A DNA stretch of 64,000 nucleotides from a virus. Positions 9,346-17,454 of the stretch are shown here, piece after piece. Position numbers and translations under genes: made by a program. The notes below the pieces were generated by a model. That model had not been told where the DNA came from. It made no database searches and saw nothing but the letters and a program-made list of their open reading frames with translations. Location: IMG/VR virus record IMGVR_UViG_3300025634_000001, positions 1 through 64,000 of that record. One strand, 5' to 3'. Positions within the stretch are counted from its first letter, which is position 1. Each line of letters opens with the position of its first letter.

Positions 9346-9882
9346 ATGACGAGCAGGAGTCCGAACGTGCCGATCACCCCGGAAGCCCGGCAGCGCCTCG
9401 CCGGGCGCATGGAAGACCGCCGCATCGAACTGCGCCTCCGCTGGCAGGACGTCGCCGAAGCAGGCGGCCTGTCCCTCAAAACCCTCCACAGCGTCCGCAC
9501 GGGCAGCGCCGGCATCGCGCCGCTCACCGAACGCGGCATCGACCAGGGCCTTCAGTGGGAGTCCGGCTCCGTCCGCAGCATCATCGGCGGCGGCGAGCCG
9601 CGGCCTGCCCAGCGCGGTACCAGCAAGCCTGTCTCGCCGCTTGCTGCCGAGCTCCTTGACGAGCCGGGCATCGAGCGGTACCGACCGGCGGTTAACGCTG
9701 AGCGCGACGGTCTTGCCGAGGCCAGGGAAGAGAGCGAAGACGAAGCCCGCATCTGGGCTAACCCCCGGATACCCGAGGAAGACAAGCGCATCCTCATCGC
9801 CTACACGAGGCTTCTCGCGGACAGAGGCGGCCGGTCCGAGCGGCAGAACGCGGGCTTACTGCGCAGCTACAGCGCAGCATGA
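9346..9882 (+). CDS. immunity repressor (XRE-like HTH)
   Basis: RRIELRLRWQDVAEAGGLSLKTLHSVR...LQWESGSV; leaderless start. Confidence 0.75.
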   Translation: MTSRSPNVPITPEARQRLAGRMEDRRIELRLRWQDVAEAGGLSLKTLHSVRTGSAGIAPLTERGIDQGLQWESGSVRSIIGGGEPRPAQRGTSKPVSPLAAELLDEPGIERYRPAVNAERDGLAEAREESEDEARIWANPRIPEEDKRILIAYTRLLADRGGRSERQNAGLLRSYSAA

Positions 9883-10039
9883 TAACGAAACCATCACAAT
9901 GGCCGCATACGCTCCGCTTTCGATCGTATGCGGATAAGGCTGAGCGCGCGCCGCGTGAGAGTTGGGAGAACTCCCGTGCCGCGCGAGAATAGACAGAAGC
10001 ACAGTGACCCCATGGGGGGGTCGGGACAGGGGTTAACCA

Positions 10040-10377
10040 TGCGCGGAGGCGCGGCAGCACGACTACAGGAACCGGCACCGGCAGGCCCGGACCTGGATGC
10101 ATGGCTCGGCAGGGCACTCGCCAGCGTCGAGCGTGTCCTGGCCAAGATCAGCGGCAACCCCGCCGCAGCGGAGGCGGTCCGGGAGCTGGCCGACCTCGAC
10201 CTGACGCTCCTGGAAGTCCGCACCGCCTACAACGTCAGCACCGTGCAGGCGTCCATGGCGGATGAGCTGGTCGCCCTCGGCCGCCAGCTCGAGCGTGCCG
10301 CGCAGTCCTCCCGCCCGGCACCCGCGCCGCGGTCCAGGAAAACGAGCCAGCCGCCGCTGATGCTGGTCCAGCCCTGA
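10040..10377 (+). CDS. hypothetical protein
   Basis: Helical ORF downstream of the repressor; start uncertain. Confidence 0.5.
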
Positions 10378-10530
10378 TCGCCCCTCCGCTGCCGGAAAAT
10401 GGCGCGCAATACGACCTGTATTACAGCACCTTTCCGGTAAACTGTTCGTAGCGGCCTCATCCGAATGTCCTACCACTCGAATGAGGCCTAATCCTCGCAT
10501 CCCTGAATCACAGAGCAGGAAACGAGAACT

Positions 10531-11367
10531 ATGGAACAGATTGTCATGTGCTTCGATGAGCCGGAGCGCTGGCTCCCGATCGCCGGCTACGAGGGCATGT
10601 ATGAGGTCTCGGACCTCGGTCGCGTGCGCAGTCTTCCGCGATTTCATGCCGGCGGCAGGGTGCTTAAGCCTAGTTATTGCGGACCCGTTGCCAGCGTCGG
10701 CCTGCGTCGTGACGGCAGGAGCCGGACCTTCAGTATTCATGGCCTGGTCGCTAGGGCTTTTCTTGGTCCGTGCCCCGAAGGCATGGAGGTCTGCCACGGG
10801 CCGGCAGGCAGGCGCGACAACAGGCTGGTCAATCTGTCTTACGGAACGAAGCTGAAGAACAACGGCGAGGACAAGCGCCGCGACGGGACGGCGCCTATCG
10901 GGATCCGTAACCCCAACGCACGCCTGACCGACGAGATCGTCCGCGAATGCCGCAGGCGGGTGGCGGTCGGCGAATCCTGTGCCGCGCTCGCCCGCGAGTT
11001 CGGCGTTGAATACACGTCCATGCAGAATGCAGTGGCCGGTGACGCCTGGCGGCATGTCACCACGCCTCAGGCAGCTTCCCCCGGCCCGCAGTCGGCGGGA
11101 CGCCGCAAGGGAAGGCCGCGCGTGAGGCCGATTCCCGGGCACCCTGAGGCGTTTGACCCAGAGGCGGCAAAGAGGCCGCGCGTGGCGCCCCCAGGGCAAC
11201 AGGTAGTCACGGTCCGCTGGGATGCGCACCTACTGCAGGCGGCCCGGATGCACGCCGCGAGCAGGGGCCTGACATTCAGCGACGTGGTGAGGCTCGCGGT
11301 CGTCAACTACCTGGAAGAGAACTCCGACGGGGTGCCGATGCCCGGCTCCTCGCAGCTAAGCGCTTGA
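10531..11367 (+). CDS. NUMOD4-HNH homing endonuclease with a C-terminal ribbon-helix-helix-like extension
   Basis: ERWLPIAGYEGMYEVSDLGRVRS (NUMOD4), HGLVARAFLG..PEGMEVCH..N.L.NL (HNH), VVTVRWDA...GLTFSDVVRLAV (RHH). Confidence 0.85.
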   Translation: MEQIVMCFDEPERWLPIAGYEGMYEVSDLGRVRSLPRFHAGGRVLKPSYCGPVASVGLRRDGRSRTFSIHGLVARAFLGPCPEGMEVCHGPAGRRDNRLVNLSYGTKLKNNGEDKRRDGTAPIGIRNPNARLTDEIVRECRRRVAVGESCAALAREFGVEYTSMQNAVAGDAWRHVTTPQAASPGPQSAGRRKGRPRVRPIPGHPEAFDPEAAKRPRVAPPGQQVVTVRWDAHLLQAARMHAASRGLTFSDVVRLAVVNYLEENSDGVPMPGSSQLSA

Positions 11368-12154
11368 TCCCGACCCCGCCGAGCATCATCGCGTCCCTGG
11401 TCACCCCGGACGCCGCCATCGGCCACGAGTGCACGTTCATCACCCGCTCCGAGACCAGCTCGAGCCCGGCGGCAGTGAAGAAGGACGCGACGGCGGCCCG
11501 GTCGTGGTTGCGCAGCTTCGCCGCCGTGTAGCAGCGCGTTATCCTCGCGGCCATCTCGGGCTCCGCGTACCAGACGGTCGAGATCACCGCGCAGGACCCC
11601 GGCGCCAGCCGGGCCGTCAGCCGGGCCGTGACATCCGCGGCCTGGCCGGCGTCCATGAAGTGCAGGATGGCCCCCAGGACGGCGCACACGGGCTCCCTGA
11701 GGTCGATGGCCTCCAGCAGTGCGGGATCGGCGAGGATCGCCTCAGGTTCCCTCACGTCCCCGGCGAGGACCGTCACGCCCGGGTCCCCGGCTGCGGCGGC
11801 CCCGGCGTGGCAGACGACCAGCGGGTCGATGTCGACGCACGCCACCCGGGCGGGCGGGTCGTATGCCCTGGCCGTGGCGGTGACAGATGCGGGCGACGGG
11901 AGCCCGCAGCCGATGTCGAGTACCTGCCGTATCCCGCCTGCCAGCGCCCAGGTCGCGGCCCGGTTCTGGAAACCGCGGTTGTCCGCGATGAGGCGGCGCA
12001 GGCCGGGGTAGCCTTCCCGCGGGTCGGTTATCCGCTCGGCTAGCTGCCGGTCGGCGTCATGCCAGTCGCATCCGCCTGCCAGGAAGTCGTAAACCCTGGC
12101 GATGCTGGGCGCTGTTGAGCCGGTCAGGGTGTGAGGCCCAGGCACCGGGCACAT
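11303..12154 (-). CDS. actinobacterial SAM-dependent methyltransferase (Methyltransf_19 type)
   Basis: PSIARVYDFLAGG, IRQVLDIGCGLP, VDIDPLV, ILHF, LAPGS. Confidence 0.85.
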   Translation of the reverse strand: MCPVPGPHTLTGSTAPSIARVYDFLAGGCDWHDADRQLAERITDPREGYPGLRRLIADNRGFQNRAATWALAGGIRQVLDIGCGLPSPASVTATARAYDPPARVACVDIDPLVVCHAGAAAAGDPGVTVLAGDVREPEAILADPALLEAIDLREPVCAVLGAILHFMDAGQAADVTARLTARLAPGSCAVISTVWYAEPEMAARITRCYTAAKLRNHDRAAVASFFTAAGLELVSERVMNVHSWPMAASGVTRDAMMLGGVGIKRLAARSRASAPRRSSLPGS

Positions 12155-12194
12155 CCTTCTCTCGCCGCTGAGATCGTGAACGCTAATCCCGTGG

Positions 12195-12288
12195 CCCGGC
12201 TGGATGCCAGCCGCATAGGCATCCAGCCGGGCGCCGTTAAGCGGGGCCGCGCCGGCGGAAGGAGAGCACGGAGCCGGCGCGGCCCCTG
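12195..12288. other. two tandem perfect hairpins upstream of the methyltransferase
   Basis: CCCGGCTGGATGCC/GGCATCCAGCCGGG and GGGGCCGCGCCGGC/GCCGGCGCGGCCCC, 14-bp stems. Confidence 0.7.
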
Positions 12289-12365
12289 TCGCGGCGGCCG
12301 GTCCTAGCCAAGGTCACCACCGGGGGGCTGGTGTGCCTTCCTCGCGCCGCCACGCAACCCTCAAG

Positions 12366-12647
12366 CTAGTCCGGATGGGCTCGCGGGTCACCGCCGGCGC
12401 AGATGATCTCCGCGTCGTCCAGGAGGTAAGTGAGGTCGGCGCGGTGCAGGAACCGTTCGCCGTCGCGGAGCGGGAACCTGGCGTTCCAGCCGCTGCGGAA
12501 CCCGGACTTGCCTACGACCACGCCGGGATGCTCGTCACGGAACTCGTCGAGGCGGATGAGTTCCTCGGGCTGGTTCGCGCCCGGATCGTGGCCGCGTTCT
12601 GGCGGCTGGCTTGCTTCCGGTTCTGAGCAGGCGTGGTCCGAGTGCAT
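12366..12647 (-). CDS. hypothetical protein
   Basis: GGGAGGG RBS; RLDEFRDEHPGV...WNARF...LLDD. Confidence 0.6.
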   Translation of the reverse strand: MHSDHACSEPEASQPPERGHDPGANQPEELIRLDEFRDEHPGVVVGKSGFRSGWNARFPLRDGERFLHRADLTYLLDDAEIICAGGDPRAHPD

Positions 12648-12795
12648 GGTGCGTTCCCTCCCCGGCGGACTCCCCAGGCCGCCCTTTCGTGTGCCCCGCG
12701 GATTTCACTGGGTGAAAACCCGAGCAATTGCCACGGTATGTGGTGAAGGCGTCACGGGGGGGCTTGCATACAGTATTCAATCCTGCGGCGGACCG

Positions 12796-12811
12796 GTGAC
12801 AGAACTGTCAC
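12796..12811. promoter_or_regulatory. palindromic operator candidate
   Basis: GTGACAG-AA-CTGTCAC in the divergent intergenic region upstream of the GntR gene. Confidence 0.5.
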
Positions 12812-12944
12812 GTTCGCTCACCTGCTGGAATGCCGGAACTGGACACAAGTGATTTTCGCGGCCAGGACGCGCCCGGACGCGGTGGGTCACACTGAGACGC
12901 GTCCGGTATGTCCGGGTCGTGCCCCGGCGTCCTACGTTGCATTC

Positions 12945-13202
12945 ATGGCCCGCGTACCGGAATGGGAACCCCAGGACTCACCGGCGTACGTTTACGAACA
13001 ACTGGCCGCGCACCTGCAGGCCCGGATAGCCGCGGGCGAGTTCGCCCCCGGCGCGCGCCTGCCCAATGAGCGGGAGCTGCGAAGCGAGTACGCCGTGTCG
13101 TTCGGGACCGTCAGGAGCGCCATGCGGCTGCTGCAGGAACGCAGGCTGGTGGTCGTGCGGCCATCGAAGGGCGTGTTCGTGGCATTCGGGGCGCGGGAGT
13201 AG
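12945..13202 (+). CDS. stand-alone GntR-family winged-helix regulator
   Basis: YEQLAAHLQARIAAGEFAPGARLPNERELRSEYAVSFGTVRSAM...KGVFV; no effector domain; TACGTT-N6-ATG leaderless start. Confidence 0.9.
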   Translation: MARVPEWEPQDSPAYVYEQLAAHLQARIAAGEFAPGARLPNERELRSEYAVSFGTVRSAMRLLQERRLVVVRPSKGVFVAFGARE

Positions 13203-13205
13203 CGA

Positions 13206-13430
13206 TCAGGTCAGGGCCTTGAGCCCCGCCGTGAACCGTGCCCAAGCCTTGGCGTCGACCACCAGCACCGGGGAGCGCTCGAGCTTGCTGTCCCGGACGA
13301 GGACGACCGCCTCCCCGTTGCCGATCTCGACGCACGCACCGCCCTCGCAGCGGGAGGACACCCGCCATGCCGCCACCTCCGCGCAGTTGCCGTTGGCCTT
13401 GCTGCGGGAGCTCTTACGCCAGCCGTTCAT
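13206..13430 (-). CDS. DUF397 protein with a duplicated N-terminal motif
   Basis: WRKSSRS..NGNCAEVA, WRVSSRC.GGACVEI, VRDSK, AWARF; GGGAGG RBS. Confidence 0.9.
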   Translation of the reverse strand: MNGWRKSSRSKANGNCAEVAAWRVSSRCEGGACVEIGNGEAVVLVRDSKLERSPVLVVDAKAWARFTAGLKALT

Positions 13431-13514
13431 GGTGCCTCCCTCTGTCCCGGACGTGCAGCAGGGCCGGGTGTCTTCAGGTCAGGTTTCCCCGTCCAGCGCA
13501 CACCGGCCCTGTGC

Positions 13515-13553
13515 GGGATAGCCTATCGCGGCGGGCGGCGGCTACCCTTTCTT
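13515..13553. terminator. hairpin after the peptide gene
   Basis: GGGATAGCC...GGCTACCC followed by TTTCTT. Confidence 0.5.
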
Positions 13554-13563
13554 GCCGCGCCGC

Positions 13564-13686
13564 TTACTCGACGTGGTGGGTGGCGGGAGCCAATGCGACC
13601 GACCCGCCGGTTACGGCGGCGGTGACGGCCCCCATGCCTGCCAGGGCGGTGACGGCGATGAAGGCGGCTGCGATCCTCTTGCGCAT
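13564..13686 (-). CDS. 40-aa secreted pre-peptide (candidate signalling peptide)
   Basis: MRKRIAAAFIAVTALAGMGAVTAAVTGGSVALAPATHHVE*; AAAAGGAG RBS 6 nt upstream; basic n-region, hydrophobic h-region, short polar tail; too short for the ORF track. Confidence 0.8.
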   Translation of the reverse strand: MRKRIAAAFIAVTALAGMGAVTAAVTGGSVALAPATHHVE

Positions 13687-13813
13687 AGTGCGCTCCTTTT
13701 CCCGGTGTGGCGCTCTGTCACGGACGTTAACACAAGAGATCGCATGAAGTCACTACCTGATTACACATTGGCGGGTCTAGCACTTTTGGTGACGGCATGC
13801 GTACAATCTCCGC

Positions 13814-14344
13814 ATGCCTGGTTTGCTACAGAACGTACAGATTCACTCACAGAGCGTAGGCGAAGTGCTCGCCGCGATCCTCGCCGCCAGCGCCCGCCCC
13901 GCCACGGAAGTCCTCGAGCGCCTCTCCGGGCAGACCCTCGGCATCAAGGTCGTCGCGTCCGGTGAACGGCCCCTCGACATCACCGAGCAGAACCGGCTCG
14001 ACGCTGAGGGCATCGTCGCCTGCCGCTACCGCACCGGCCTGCTCAGCACCAGGGACGGCACGGTAGCCGCCGGCGTCTTCCTGCTGTGGCTCCCGGCCCG
14101 TCTCCCGTTCGCTGCCTGCCGGGAACTGGACGAGGGCGCTAAGCCCGCAGGGAAGATCCTGGGGCCGTACGGGATGCGCCGCGCGGACCGCAGGGCACTG
14201 GCCACCGACGGCATCGAGGACATCACCGGGGCTGACGCCGTAGCGAGGTCCAGCGCGGTCCTGATGGTCGGCGGGGTGGCGGTCGGGATAGCGGAGGAGA
14301 ACGTGACCCGCGTGTTCGCTGAGGCCTTGGCGGGGGGATGCTGA
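13814..14344 (+). CDS. chorismate-lyase / UTRA-fold protein (DUF98/Rv2949c-like)
   Basis: ATEVLERLSG, R..LL, LPARLP...L.EG.KPAGKIL pattern; TACAAT-N6-ATG leaderless start. Confidence 0.65.
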   Translation: MPGLLQNVQIHSQSVGEVLAAILAASARPATEVLERLSGQTLGIKVVASGERPLDITEQNRLDAEGIVACRYRTGLLSTRDGTVAAGVFLLWLPARLPFAACRELDEGAKPAGKILGPYGMRRADRRALATDGIEDITGADAVARSSAVLMVGGVAVGIAEENVTRVFAEALAGGC

Positions 14345-14615
14345 CGGCATGCTGATGCAGTGGGTTGAGGATCCGGCGGTCCTGGCGGTCCTGTCGCGAG
14401 CCCGGGAACCCTGCCCGTGCAGATGGTGTACGGCTACCACCACGTCCCGATGGTCCTGGCTTCGCAGACGGAAGGCGCAGCCGCTGTAGGCTAGCCTCGG
14501 TTCTTGCGGCTGAGGCCGCGCGATCTAATTCGGCCCGTATCCGAATGCCGGGGGAAACGCCTGGCATCCTCGCCTCGTGCGAGGTGCGGGCCGGGCGCCC
14601 CATCTCGGTGCCACG

Positions 14616-14861
14616 TCACGCTGCGGCTGTCATCCGCGCCGTCATTTCCTCGTAGGCCGCCATCACGGCCAGCGCCTCGCACAGGGCAAGGGCGTCGGCG
14701 GCGATCTGCCGTCCGCTCGAGCGGACGAGCCGGCCGTGGGCGATGTCGAGGAGGATCTGGTTGGCCGCGGCCTTGATGCGAACGGCGGACTGCCGCGCGA
14801 ACTGGGTGTTCTGGTACTGGGCGCTGACGATGGAGCGGGGGGCCGGCCGTGGTGCGGTCAT
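14616..14861 (-). CDS. hypothetical protein
   Basis: AAGGAG RBS; helical 81 aa. Confidence 0.6.
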   Translation of the reverse strand: MTAPRPAPRSIVSAQYQNTQFARQSAVRIKAAANQILLDIAHGRLVRSSGRQIAADALALCEALAVMAAYEEMTARMTAAA

Positions 14862-15010
14862 CGGGGTCTCCTTTGTCGCAACAGAAAAACGCGGCCCGTT
14901 TTGGAGCCGCGCTGCTAATTGGATGGTCAGGCCGGGTGCCCGGCGCGTCAAGGCGGCGGGGACGTGCGGATTGTCTCGTTTGGCCGGCCGTGTCGAAGGG
15001 TACTGATCGC

Positions 15011-15115
15011 TTACCGTTCAGTGGGGTACTTCGGGTGACGGCGGGCCACCAGGGCAGTCACCGCGATCACGACGGCCAGCAGGGCGAGCCACAGCCAGTC
15101 CAGGCCCGGGATCAC
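15011..15115 (-). CDS. 34-aa single-TM peptide
   Basis: MIPGLDWLWLALLAVVIAVTALVARRHPKYPTER*; GTGA overlap with the upstream gene. Confidence 0.55.
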   Translation of the reverse strand: MIPGLDWLWLALLAVVIAVTALVARRHPKYPTER

Positions 15116-15450
15116 CGCCAACGGTTAGCCTCCCTCGCTGCCGCCCTGGCTTCCCTGCCGCGGCTGGCCTCGGTCCTGATGTGCTCGGCTCCCCACCGGC
15201 CGGCTCCCCAGCGGACAATCCGGCCTCCCTGGCAGCCCGGACATTTACGATGAACCCACGTGAAGACGGCGCCCCTGTGCTCGCCTGTGCCGTTACAGCT
15301 GCCGTGCCTCATCCGCGGATGGACGCGCAGCGACAGGAAGTAGGCGATGAGCAGGCCGATCGCGGCGAGGATCAGGCCGAGGATGCGCCCCGCTATGAAC
15401 CCGAAGGCCAGGATGGCGGCGAGGATGAACGGGAAGTGGTTCTTCTGCAC
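15112..15450 (-). CDS. membrane protein with a DnaJ-like zinc-finger segment
   Basis: N-terminal TM, HGSCNGTG...CPGCQGG; TACCGT-N6-GTG. Confidence 0.65.
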   Translation of the reverse strand: MQKNHFPFILAAILAFGFIAGRILGLILAAIGLLIAYFLSLRVHPRMRHGSCNGTGEHRGAVFTWVHRKCPGCQGGRIVRWGAGRWGAEHIRTEASRGREARAAAREANRWR

Positions 15451-15482
15451 ACTCGCACGGTAACCGCGAGTGGCGGGCAGGT

Positions 15483-15620
15483 CTAGGGGGCGCCGCAGGT
15501 GACCAGCGCCGGGTCCAGGGTGATCCGGTCGGTGCTCGGCACCTCGAACGGGGTCAATCCGCAGCAGGGCATCACGCCGCCCTCTGGCGGGCACTGATGG
15601 GTGGTCTCGGTCACGGTCAC
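15483..15620 (-). CDS. small Cys-rich hypothetical protein
   Basis: HQCPPEGGVMPCCGLTPFE..TDRITLDPALVTC. Confidence 0.55.
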   Translation of the reverse strand: MTVTETTHQCPPEGGVMPCCGLTPFEVPSTDRITLDPALVTCGAP

Positions 15621-15731
15621 GTGTCCATCTTCCCCTCTGCTTCCGCCACCGGAGGCTCAGGCGTGTCCTCAGAGGTGCTGCATACCGCAGCGAGGATGAC
15701 AGCAGCAGCGAAAGCGGCAGCGGCGGACGGT

Positions 15732-15965
15732 CTAGCGGTCACGGGGGTCTCCTGTCCTGCCCCCGCGCTCGGCCTGATGCCTGTCGATCGCGGCCTTGAG
15801 CGCGGGCCAGTCGCAGACGTGGATCGTGTCCCACGTGCCGTCGTGGTTGTCCTGGTAGATGCTGAAGCAGTCCTTGTCCTGGTTATCGCCGATGGTGATG
15901 CCGGAGTTGTTCCCGCCGCCTGCTGGCGTGCTGTGGGCGGCGCTGCACTCGGTGGTCTCGGTCAT
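15732..15965 (-). CDS. hypothetical protein
   Basis: Coupled small ORF. Confidence 0.55.
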   Translation of the reverse strand: MTETTECSAAHSTPAGGGNNSGITIGDNQDKDCFSIYQDNHDGTWDTIHVCDWPALKAAIDRHQAERGGRTGDPRDR

Positions 15966-16330
15966 GGTGTCAGCCCGAGCGCGTCCAGCGCGATGCCGTG
16001 CTCATTCTTGCGATCGCATCCCGCTGCGGGCCAGTCTGACGCCGGGGCGCCGCAGCTCAGGCATGGCCGCATAAGCGCGGCGTACTCGGGGTGCGTCTCC
16101 TGGCCGGCGCAGTCCTCCATGTGAGCGCTGCACTCGCCGAACTCGGCATCCGGAAACGAGGTGTTCCAGCCGAACTCTGGCAGCCCGGCTGTGGCCCGCA
16201 TCTCGTTGGCCAGCGTCTGCAACCGCCCGGCTAGGCCGATCACCATGCGGTTGTGCTGGGATGTGTGCCAGAGGTGGCGCGTCCAGCGGTCGATATCCGC
16301 TGCCGATGCAGTGGTCTCGGTCTCGCTCAT
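15962..16330 (-). CDS. hypothetical protein
   Basis: Coupled ORF with CxxC. Confidence 0.6.
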   Translation of the reverse strand: MSETETTASAADIDRWTRHLWHTSQHNRMVIGLAGRLQTLANEMRATAGLPEFGWNTSFPDAEFGECSAHMEDCAGQETHPEYAALMRPCLSCGAPASDWPAAGCDRKNEHGIALDALGLTP

Positions 16331-16614
16331 AGCCTCGACCTCAGTTCGCGGATCTCGGCCCGCAGGCTGCGGAGCATGAGGCCCTGGAAGTAGCCGCTGA
16401 TGGCCATCGCGGCGACAGTGGCCAGCAAAGCGATTACCTCCCAGCGTTCCAGCGCCGGCCGGGCGATGACCTCAATGACGATCAGGATCACCGCGACTGC
16501 CCCGGTGGCGATGTCGCTGCGCATGATGCCGCGGGCGTTCCGGTTCAGGCGGGTGTCGATCGCCGCTAGCTGCTGGTCGATAGCGGCCAGTCTCGCCGGC
16601 TGATCGTCGGTCAT
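16327..16614 (-). CDS. two-TM membrane protein
   Basis: MTDDQPARL...; two hydrophobic helices; AGGAG RBS. Confidence 0.65.
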   Translation of the reverse strand: MTDDQPARLAAIDQQLAAIDTRLNRNARGIMRSDIATGAVAVILIVIEVIARPALERWEVIALLATVAAMAISGYFQGLMLRSLRAEIRELRSRL

Positions 16615-17051
16615 GGTGTTTCGTCTCCTAGCTTCCACTCTGGCCGGTAGTGCGGATGGTCGTTCCAGGCGGCAGCCAGATGCTTCAGCATGTCCGTCCA
16701 GACGCCCCATGCGTTAAGTCCGGGGATGCCGTTGCGGGCTTCATACGTCAGGATCGCCCGCATGGCCGCGACCTCGCGCAGCGTACGGTGCGGATCGTGC
16801 AGGCTCAGCGGAATCATGCGCTCGCGGATGGCCTTGGATGCCCATCGCATAGCATCGGCCTGCCCGTGGCTGTAGGGCGTATCCCGGCAGGGGAAGGTCT
16901 TCCAGTCTTGTTCCTCGCGGAGAGCTTCAATCATGAAATGCTCCTCCATCGCGCCGACCGGATCAGAGGCTGCCCTGCTGGCGCACGCCTCAAGCTCGTC
17001 CAGGCGGGCTGCCAGGAACGCTGCCAGGGAATCTGCGACGGTCTCGGTCAT
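16611..17051 (-). CDS. hypothetical protein (DUF6221-like)
   Basis: LAAFLAARLDE...HDPHRTLREVAAMRAIL...LAAAWNDHPHYRPEW. Confidence 0.7.
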   Translation of the reverse strand: MTETVADSLAAFLAARLDELEACASRAASDPVGAMEEHFMIEALREEQDWKTFPCRDTPYSHGQADAMRWASKAIRERMIPLSLHDPHRTLREVAAMRAILTYEARNGIPGLNAWGVWTDMLKHLAAAWNDHPHYRPEWKLGDETP

Positions 17052-17302
17052 GCTGTCCCGTCCCCCTTCGGCAAGATCTCTTGACAGCGTCGGCAGTACC
17101 GGGTGCCGGGCTCGATCCGCTGCCCGTAGCCGAGGTACGTGACGCGCCCCTTCTCCGCTATGGCCTCGTCGTGCTCGCCGTCCTCGCAGCGTGCGCTCTG
17201 CGCAGCCGCAGCGGCGATCAGGGCGCCGGCCGGATCCAGTCGTGCCCCCACCCGACGGTTGTAGTTGGTGCCGCGCTTGAAGCCGTCCTTGTAGCCGCTC
17301 AC
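17048..17302 (-). CDS. hypothetical protein
   Basis: MSGYKDGFK...YCRRCQ; coupled. Confidence 0.5.
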   Translation of the reverse strand: MSGYKDGFKRGTNYNRRVGARLDPAGALIAAAAAQSARCEDGEHDEAIAEKGRVTYLGYGQRIEPGTRYCRRCQEILPKGDGTA

Positions 17303-17454
17303 GGTCTCAGTCTCCCTGGGTCTCGCGCCTGCTCGCCGGTCAGCTTCACCGGCACCGGGGTCATGACCGTCCATGCTGCCACTGCACACGCACGGCAGCA
17401 CCAGCCCTGCTCCTGCCAGTCCTCGGGGTAGCCGGGCTCGGTGGTCACGGTGCC

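Noticed and set aside
12155-12365. SAM riboswitch ahead of the methyltransferase
   Set aside because: No recognisable SAM-I/IV core by eye; kept only as an unexplained structure.
14345-14615. CACCACGTC (HHV) echo of the peptide tail and a 46-aa ORF at 14349-14489
   Set aside because: A 9-bp match is expected by chance; the ORF has no RBS or recognisable motif.
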